This document shows, piece after piece, positions 1 through 5,520 of a stretch of DNA of 5,520 nucleotides. The stretch spans positions 1-5,520 of the forward strand of contig JADGIF010000648.1 of NCBI GenBank assembly GCA_018985225.1, in the 5' to 3' direction. A model generated the notes under the pieces. It was not told the DNA's origin. It worked only from the letters and a program-made list of their open reading frames with translations, and did no database searches. The position numbers and the translations under genes are program-made. Position 1 is the stretch's first letter; every line of letters begins with the position of its first letter. The DNA is from Amoeboradix gromovi X-113. Taxonomy: Eukaryota > Fungi > Sanchytriomycota.

Positions 1-247
1 CGCTTGACTCTTATGTTTTTGGCTCTGCGAATTACCAAATACTAATTTGGTATCATTAGCAATTGAAAATCATATTCTATCTGTAATGTCTAAAGTTATA
101 ACTGCAGTATCTGGTTATATAATTTTCAAGAAATAATAACTGTATGTTTTTAATTCACGAGTTACAAAATAGAATCATCAATTAAAACTTTGATTAACAC
201 CTTTATTTTCATGATTTCTGTTTACAAATTTGAACATACTCTAAGGA

Positions 248-700
248 GAGCTCAGAGAAACTAACGTATAGTACCATTCACTCGCTGTAAAATGATCACT
301 AAAATCAGGAAATGCGACAAGTTTAGATCTGATAAGTAGAAAGAGTATTGGGAAAGCACAGGATATGAATGCCAAGATATTGAAATAACATCATAGAAAG
401 CGATTTACTCTGGTGATGGAAGTTACTAGTGCAACAGAAAGAGCCATTGCAATATTTATAACTTGAGCTAGCGCGTGGGCTATATAGAAGTATATTGATC
501 TAATACCGCCTCGGGGTAGTGGAAGTGTGAGCAGCCACTATAGCGCAGTCTCTGGCATCTCAGTTACTCTGTGAAAGCTGCCGATTATTTAGCAGATCGG
601 GACTTTTACTGGCAAGGCCATTATACGTACTCGAAGCATCGCTCAACATAAAGCATTTAAAAAGTCAAGCCTCAGTAACTAAAGAGTTAATATGTCTAAC
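248..700 (+). mobile_element. Second fossil Ty3/Gypsy-like integrase fragment (H2C2 zinc finger plus N-terminal half of rve core)
   Basis: Collinear motifs across frames: ELRETNV*YHS (248-280), H (297), GNATSLDLISRK/EYW (308-351), MN/QDIE (365-384), PLQYL (444-458), WAI*KYIDLIPP (476-511; first catalytic Asp candidate at 497), SYSVKAADY/FSR (about 562-596, 1-nt deletion), LLARPLYVLEASLNIKHL (606-659), VTKELIC (675-695; compare GVPKELISD). LYFHD at 201-215 may extend it upstream. The CxxC is not recognisable. Confidence 0.55.
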
Positions 701-1612
701 AATTCCTCAATTACTACACTTGCGAATGAATGCCAAGATGTTTTGAACCTCGCCAAAGATCTCAATATGGATATTGTAGATGCTGACACGTACGACTACC
801 TAGGAAGTAGCTGCTGCGATAAAGGAAGTAGAGTTTCTTGCAACGAAGATCACGTAGTTGGTCTACACTGGTCCGATATGGGATTAAATGGTACCGTCGT
901 CAACAGTCATCTGCCTCCATCTTTGACGTACTTGGACTTGTCTTATAATCAAATCTCAGGTCAGGTTCCAGAATTACCAGATGCGCTTTTAAGTGTATAT
1001 TTGTACTCTAACAAATTTACTGGAAGTTTGCCTAAAAATTTCCCTAGTGAATTGGAGGAGTTTATTGTCGTTTGGAATGAATTGTCAGGTGAAGTGCCCC
1101 CATTTCCGCCATCTGTGACCACTATTTGGCTGGGATTCTCTTACTCGATGTATAACAAGTTGCAAAAGAGAAACTATTACGAGTTAGGCACAAACAGATT
1201 CACCGGTACTCTCTATTTGAGCAAAGTGAATTCTTTTGCAATCAATGACAACTATTTCACAGACGTAATTATTGAAGATGACAGCAACTTGTCATCGTGC
1301 GATATCGGGAACAACCCACTTTTGGATAGTCCTCACTTAAGCAACCTGACTGTTTGTTATCAGGAGGGCCTGTATAATGCAAGTGATCTCCCAAAAACAG
1401 TCAGCGACGCAGTTACAACACAGTGGACCAGCACAAAAGTTACAATAGAACTGACTAGTACAGAAACTGCAGAGCAGTGGGCCACTACAGAATCTTCTTA
1501 CGAGGTAATCAACATTGAAGCTACAAAGAAGTTGACCAAAGTGGAGCTCACAGAAGAGGAGACTGTTGCAGAAAAATGGACCAGCACGGTGACAGCAGGT
1601 AATTATTATTAA
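692..1612 (+). CDS. Leucine-rich-repeat extracellular-type protein, main body (Cys cap, LRRs, Ser/Thr/Glu stalk); possibly exon 1 or a decaying gene
   Basis: 306-aa ORF. N-cap Cys pattern C14...C41C42-x7-C50 followed by VVGLHWSDMGLNG. Repeats LPPSLTYLDLSYNQISGQVPE, LPDALLSVYLYSNKFTGSLPKN, FPSELEEFIVVWNELSGEVPP and FPPSVTTIWLG..NRFTG, plus two degenerate units and a C-cap (C203, C222). N-glycosylation sequons NGT, NLS, NLT, NAS. Thr/Glu-rich stalk from aa ~236. No hydrophobic signal peptide. Confidence 0.85.
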   Translation: MSNNSSITTLANECQDVLNLAKDLNMDIVDADTYDYLGSSCCDKGSRVSCNEDHVVGLHWSDMGLNGTVVNSHLPPSLTYLDLSYNQISGQVPELPDALLSVYLYSNKFTGSLPKNFPSELEEFIVVWNELSGEVPPFPPSVTTIWLGFSYSMYNKLQKRNYYELGTNRFTGTLYLSKVNSFAINDNYFTDVIIEDDSNLSSCDIGNNPLLDSPHLSNLTVCYQEGLYNASDLPKTVSDAVTTQWTSTKVTIELTSTETAEQWATTESSYEVINIEATKKLTKVELTEEETVAEKWTSTVTAGNYY

Positions 1613-1625
1613 CGAAGAAACAAAG
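1415..1625 (+). repeat. Degenerate intragenic repeats in the LRR stalk
   Basis: TQWTST, ELTSTETAEQWATT and ELTEEETVAEKWTST. The exact 11-mer TGGACCAGCAC occurs at 1424-1434 and 1577-1587. EVINIEATK resembles VIIINEETK in the shifted frame. Confidence 0.55.
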
Positions 1626-1629
1626 CCAG
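1599..1629 (+). other. Candidate ultra-short spliceosomal intron (19 nt to 1617 or 31 nt to 1629)
   Basis: CAG|GTAATT donor at 1599, branch-like TATTAAC at 1607-1613, acceptors AAG (1617) or CAG (1629). Either choice removes the stop at 1610 and joins the LRR body in frame to the GPI-like tail (386 or 382 aa). A 1-nt indel explains the sequence equally well. Confidence 0.35.
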
Positions 1630-1871
1630 AAGTGAAGACCAGTGCTTCAGCTCTCCAGCAAAACAATGTTGGATACAGCATGGCTGATTCCTCAACATCA
1701 ATTCCAGCAGTAGGAACAAGCTCTAGCATTAACAGCAACGAAATTCTTTACTCGAACTTGTACAATTCCTATCTATCCAGCAAGTTGTCATTGGAAACGC
1801 AAGTTCAATCTTCCGCGAGTCATCCGTCTTTCATGGCTTTATTACTAGTGTTGATGTTCTTGTTTAAGTAA
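1618..1871 (+). CDS. Probable C-terminal segment of the LRR gene: Ser-rich stalk plus GPI-anchor-like signal, in a shifted frame
   Basis: This frame is open from 1593 to TAA 1869-1871. It continues the Ser/Thr-rich composition and ends QSSASHPS-FMALLLVLMFLF-K*: small-residue omega-site candidates at 1809-1817, a spacer, then a 12-residue hydrophobic terminus at 1830-1865. The GTG start at 1632 in the ORF track is unlikely to be a real eukaryotic start. The exact 5' boundary (1618, 1630, or a frameshift near 1593-1610) is unresolved. Confidence 0.65.
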
Positions 1872-1927
1872 ATGTATATTATGCGATGTTTCATTTTGAT
1901 CTTAATAAGCACTCAAATCATTTACTT
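1872..1927. terminator. 56-nt shared 3' intergenic region of convergent genes (probable overlapping 3'-end formation signals)
   Basis: Lies between stop codons at 1871 (+) and 1928 (-). AT-rich, with TGTATATTAT and TAATAA elements; no canonical AATAAA. Confidence 0.35.
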
Positions 1928-4567
1928 TTAGTTCTTCAAATTCAGAACAAACTGTTTTGCTTGTCCCATTCGTGAATAAAATACTTTAAGTGCAGTTTCC
2001 ACGCCATTTTCTTGTTTTATTTGCTGCCCTAACATAGCTGCTTTCTTCATCATTACTTCACTTGTGGTTGCTTCGACTATAGCTTCTGAGAGTCTCTCAA
2101 CTGTCAACTTCCTTATGGCCAAGCCAACTCCCAAGTCAACCACTCTCTGAGCCCAGAAGAATTGATCTCCGAAGAATGGCTTAATAATTGTTGGTTTACC
2201 GGATCTTAACCCTGCTGCTGTTGTTCCACTTCCACCGTGGTGTACCACAGCACTAACTCTTTCAAATAGCCAGTCATGTGGTATAGAATCTACGATATAC
2301 AAGTGTGATGAATAATCTAATTCTTCCTTAGCAACCGTTTCATTGTCTCTTCCAGACCATCCTTTGCAAACTACAGCTCTGCAGTTAGCCTGCTTAACAG
2401 CTTCAAAGAGTATATTCGTAAGTTCCGCTGGATCGTCAACTATTATCGATCCAAATCCTATATAAAGTACAGGTGTTTTTGTATCAAAAAACTTTAATAG
2501 ATCTACAGGGCACTCATAATCTATTATACTATCTAGGAACCAATACCCACAAACATACGCCACATCCTGCCATTCGGGTGCGGATGGAACTACTACAGGA
2601 CTAAACCCGTATAGAAATGGCGCATTCAGATTCGTATATGTCTTCGACTTTAATCCAAGTACGTTTGTTCTAAAATTATCAAACACATAATACCCTATCT
2701 GCCACAGCATTTGATCAAATAATACATAAGTGGAGTAGTTGTATCTACCACCCATCTTAAAAGTAGGGACTGCAAACGGATGAGGATATAAAGTGTTACG
2801 AGTCCATGGCATCATAAACCCCCTAAAGTAGGGAACTTGCAGCAGTTCACTTATATGAATACCTGCCAAGCTGCCACCACTTTCAATTATGCAATCACAT
2901 CCAATACACGCCTGGTAACTGCTAAGGAGTAAGTCATCTAGCCATTCCCTAAAAGTTCCAAAAACTTCACGGATAAACTGAATGCTAAAGATCGAATGAT
3001 TAATACACAGTTTCATTATCTGAGCAGGGTCACCCTTAACCTCTTTGAAATCTATTCCATGTGATATGATCCATTCCTTGTATTCACTATGTGTAGCTAT
3101 AGTACATGTGTGGCCGTCTTTTTGAAATCTGATTGCTAAACTTATAAATGGCTGTACGTCTCCACGGGAGCCTATAGTCAAAAATACAATCTTCATAGGG
3201 ACTATAGGCATTACGTCCATATCATTAATGGCTTTAAAACTAGTATTTCTACTAATTTTAAAATGCGAGTCATTTGTATGGATATCCAAAAGCACATCTT
3301 GCAAGGCACTATTTAAATCCCCAGCAGACCTAGTTTTGACTAAATAATTCAGAGTACCTATAATATGTTCACTGATTTTGTTTCTTTTTTCCGTGTCATA
3401 AAACTCAAATACAAATTCATGTCCATCGACGGTTGTTATGTTGAGACCATTATGGAGCGCGTATTTGTGAGTCTGCTTATCAATGCTGAATATGTCCCTA
3501 ATTGGAATACAGGCTTTGATGTTGAATCCAATCATGGATCTAAAGCATAAATATTTATTGGTCATGTAAACTGTGCCTCTAATGGGCATCCAATTTAGAT
3601 AATAAGAGATCGCTTTGACTAAAGTAGTCTCTGATTCAGGTATTGGGAATATTTTGAGATCATTCCTTTCATTTTTGAACCATTTAAGCTTGAAAAAGTG
3701 ATTGTTTATTGATGGGGATTCCGCAGCACTAAGGGACTTTCGATGTTTAACTTTGGGTCTTGCAATTGTCTGAGAGTGGCTGAGATGTAACTGCCGAAGA
3801 CTGTTTGTGGTAATTTCCAAATTAGGTGGCAAGTTATCCTTGAGTGGACTTTTACTGTTTGCGGGAGTTTTATAATTAGAGAGCGCAGAATCTACTACAT
3901 TTCGTAAGGCCGTGTAATCATAGAAATTACAAAAATAGTAGTCGTCCTTTTCGCATTCCTCGTCTTCAACCTGACAAATTAAACATTCGGGCATATTCTC
4001 ATTTGTAGAAGTGTGCTGTAATTGGGTGATATTAGAGTAAGGTATAACTATCTTGATATCATCACCATCGTGTATGTTTGTAAAGGTAGCGCGTTGAATA
4101 ACCTGCATCCATTCCATCATGGATTCTTTTGTGTTGCAATGAAAAGTATAGTTACGAGTGCAGGTGCCTATATGGAATACCTTTGGCTTAGACTTGGAGG
4201 TCGTAATCTGGTTTACTTCATTCAAAAGGACAGAATTAATTGGGAAATAAAAGTTAGTTGGAGAGTCAAACCAGGCCAACTCGTTGTTGCGCAGAATAAA
4301 ATAGTGCTGTTTAAATGTTTTAGTTCTTCTGCTCTTTTTGTGCATCCAACCTTGATAACTGATCTTTTCAGATCGATTTAGAGAAGCGTGGAAACAAAGA
4401 TGAAATTGAAGAACAAATAGTGTGCCTTTTAACAGAAAGTTTTTTAGCAAATAGCATTCAAAATCTCGAATGAGTTCATCGTCAACAGACAACTCAAAAA
4501 AGTCTTTAATTTTAGCGCTAAAATTGAAGTTTGTCAGGGAGCTTTCTGAAATCGATTTGTCGTCCAT
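1928..4567 (-). CDS. ATG26: Sterol 3-beta-glucosyltransferase (ATG26/UGT51 family; GRAM + PH + GRAM + GT-B glycosyltransferase)
   Basis: Uninterrupted 879-aa ORF ending in TAA, with an in-frame TAA two codons upstream of the ATG. GRAM-1 N-part aa ~20-63 (FECYLLKNFLLKGTLFVLQFHLCFHA). PH domain aa ~68-161 (GWMHKK...YFILRNNELAWF...EWMQVIQRA; nt ~4085-4366). GRAM-2 aa ~304-400 (PIRGTVYMTNKYLCFRS; nt ~3368-3658). Catalytic region from aa ~458 with the sterol-GT signature LTIGSRGDVQPF (nt ~3146-3181), GDPAQIM, MPWTRNTLYPHPF, LYIGFGSI, IPHDWLF, the UDP-sugar-binding VVHHGGSGTTAAGL (nt ~2200-2248) and PFFGDQFFW. This domain order is that of fungal Atg26/Ugt51. Confidence 0.95.
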   Translation of the reverse strand: MDDKSISESSLTNFNFSAKIKDFFELSVDDELIRDFECYLLKNFLLKGTLFVLQFHLCFHASLNRSEKISYQGWMHKKSRRTKTFKQHYFILRNNELAWFDSPTNFYFPINSVLLNEVNQITTSKSKPKVFHIGTCTRNYTFHCNTKESMMEWMQVIQRATFTNIHDGDDIKIVIPYSNITQLQHTSTNENMPECLICQVEDEECEKDDYYFCNFYDYTALRNVVDSALSNYKTPANSKSPLKDNLPPNLEITTNSLRQLHLSHSQTIARPKVKHRKSLSAAESPSINNHFFKLKWFKNERNDLKIFPIPESETTLVKAISYYLNWMPIRGTVYMTNKYLCFRSMIGFNIKACIPIRDIFSIDKQTHKYALHNGLNITTVDGHEFVFEFYDTEKRNKISEHIIGTLNYLVKTRSAGDLNSALQDVLLDIHTNDSHFKISRNTSFKAINDMDVMPIVPMKIVFLTIGSRGDVQPFISLAIRFQKDGHTCTIATHSEYKEWIISHGIDFKEVKGDPAQIMKLCINHSIFSIQFIREVFGTFREWLDDLLLSSYQACIGCDCIIESGGSLAGIHISELLQVPYFRGFMMPWTRNTLYPHPFAVPTFKMGGRYNYSTYVLFDQMLWQIGYYVFDNFRTNVLGLKSKTYTNLNAPFLYGFSPVVVPSAPEWQDVAYVCGYWFLDSIIDYECPVDLLKFFDTKTPVLYIGFGSIIVDDPAELTNILFEAVKQANCRAVVCKGWSGRDNETVAKEELDYSSHLYIVDSIPHDWLFERVSAVVHHGGSGTTAAGLRSGKPTIIKPFFGDQFFWAQRVVDLGVGLAIRKLTVERLSEAIVEATTSEVMMKKAAMLGQQIKQENGVETALKVFYSRMGQAKQFVLNLKN

Positions 4568-4833
4568 AGATTACAAGGGGACGTTTCAACCTAAAAAAGA
4601 AATATACTACAGGATTAAAGATTTTAAATAAGACTGAGACCCAAGCGTTTGGACAATAGTTGATTTTTAAACTAGAGAATGCTCTGCATTAGGCAAGTTT
4701 TATGGAGCAAAAATTATCGATTTCAATGAAGTGAACCAGCTATCGTGATATCATAAGGTTTGTCGCTCCAGTATACTCCTCTTCCATATTGTTCTAACTG
4801 GAATACCTAGAAACCACGCTAGGAATCCGACAA

Positions 4834-5453
4834 CGTCATATCATCAGATACGAAAGAAATACATGCAGATGCTGCACTGTCTGTGAACAAGACGACATAA
4901 CAAAAGTCAATACAGAATATGAAGCGGTTGTCAGTTAAGATATTGCAACATATGCTCAAGTGCTAATCAGCTAAGCTTTTTTGAAAGAGACATTGGCAGT
5001 GTATTTTTCGTATTGAAAAAAGGCTTCATGGCATATTGCGGGACTGACTTTTTCCAGGAGTTCCTCCTACTTAGAGCAGGCAAGTAGTCCAAAGAAAAGC
5101 TGAAGACATCGGCGGATTGTAATGGAGCACTCACTATTCAACTTCTACAAGATGAATTGCTCCAATCAGATGTAATTTGGATATACAACTTGTACAAACT
5201 ATCATCTGGTGGACAGAGTACATTTTGGAGAAAAAACATACAATAGTATGTATGCGTATTCAGTTCGACCACAGAGTAATGGAAGGTCGAGGAACCTGTT
5301 AGTCTTACTGCGTAAATTCTCAAATTTATAGGAAACCCGGAATATAAGAGGGGCTATGAGCATATGGGACATCAAATATAAAAACTAGACTAACTTTCTG
5401 TAACAACTTGGAACATTATTTCAGCTTTATTACTTTATGGATTTAAGAGACGA
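4834..5453 (+). mobile_element. Fossil (frameshifted, non-functional) Ty3/Gypsy-like retroviral-type integrase: H2C2 zinc finger plus rve core
   Basis: Collinear motifs across frames: RHII (4834), KEIHADA (4853-4873), H (4875), VNKT (4883), KVNTEY (4903), DIATYA/KC (4939-4963), FERDIG (4980-4997), GTDFF/SR (5040-5058), DCNGALTIQLLQDELL (5115), FGY (5176), GG/TEY (5208-5221), RPQSNG/KVE (5266-5291), WDIK (5365), SALLLYGFKR (5421-5450). The order matches the consensus H..GHxGxxKT..Y..DIxxYVxxC / D / DxFSR / FGxP..DxG / PQSNGxxE / W / SPxxLxYG. Confidence 0.65.
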
Positions 5454-5520
5454 GTGGACATTCAGCTAGTTGCGGAGTTGGCGAGTATGAAAGGAGAATA
5501 AATAACTTTTTGTATCGAAA

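Noticed and set aside
33-52. 8-bp hairpin TACCAAAT-acta-ATTTGGTA
   Set aside because: Single short AT-rich inverted repeat with no supporting context.
160-237. Minus-strand MFKFVNRNHE, resembling the FVxRExE start of P-loop ATPase domains
   Set aside because: Stops after 19 codons and no Walker A motif follows in any frame.
481-650. TATATA followed by a GC-richer stretch with short stems and a U5-loop-like GACTTTTACT, as a possible ncRNA
   Set aside because: No closing stem, a mismatch to the conserved GCCTTTTAC, and the same word occurs inside ATG26. The integrase relic explains the composition better.
365-739. Exact 14-nt direct repeat ATGAATGCCAAGAT at 365-378 and 726-739
   Set aside because: Similarity barely extends beyond the match and each copy is explained by its own context (integrase M..DI; LRR NECQD). 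Compatible with chance in AT-rich DNA, though a link to the nearby TE/LRR junction cannot be fully excluded.
1337-1738. 133-aa minus-strand ORF
   Set aside because: Antisense shadow of the Thr/Glu/Ser-rich stalk; the Cys/Phe/Leu richness follows from the complementary codons and no domain is recognisable.
3365-4381. Plus-strand ORFs 3365-3550 and 4022-4381
   Set aside because: Fully antisense to the well-supported ATG26 CDS with no recognisable motifs.
4568-4605. Minus-strand pyrimidine tract plus TAG acceptor suggesting an upstream ATG26 coding exon
   Set aside because: An in-frame TAA at 4573-4571 lies between this acceptor and the ATG, so at most it is a 5' UTR intron.
5138-5323. 61-aa minus-strand ORF
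   Set aside because: Short, motif-free and antisense to the integrase relic.
4923-5520. Frame whose seven stops are all TAA/TAG, suggesting TAR-to-Gln recoding
   Set aside because: ATG26 has no internal TAA/TAG over 879 codons and ends in TAA. Reading through the LRR stop does not reach the hydrophobic tail. Decay of a TE is sufficient.
1-5520. Prokaryotic system (operon, CRISPR array, defence island), tRNA or rRNA
   Set aside because: Genes are eukaryote-type; no repeat-spacer array, cloverleaf or rRNA-like sequence was seen.

Overview
Eukaryotic, low-GC, intron-poor DNA, most likely from a compact fungal genome (possibly an early-diverging lineage; this is inference). The core is a tail-to-tail gene pair separated by only 56 nt. 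On the minus strand is an intact, single-exon, unusually short ATG26/UGT51-type sterol 3-beta-glucosyltransferase (GRAM/PH/GRAM/GT-B, 879 aa, 1928-4567). On the plus strand is a cell-surface-type leucine-rich-repeat gene (Cys cap, about 6 LRRs with a loop-out, Ser/Thr/Glu stalk). Its GPI-anchor-like tail sits in a different reading frame (candidate 19/31-nt micro-intron or 1-nt frameshift), and it has no signal peptide. Both flanks look empty in the ORF track, but three-frame reading reveals two separate, heavily frameshifted fossils of Ty3/Gypsy-like integrases (about 248-700 and 4834-5453, both on +) with motifs in the correct order. The left fossil runs into, and may supply, the LRR gene's start codon. 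All calls come from motif recognition by eye; no database searches were run.
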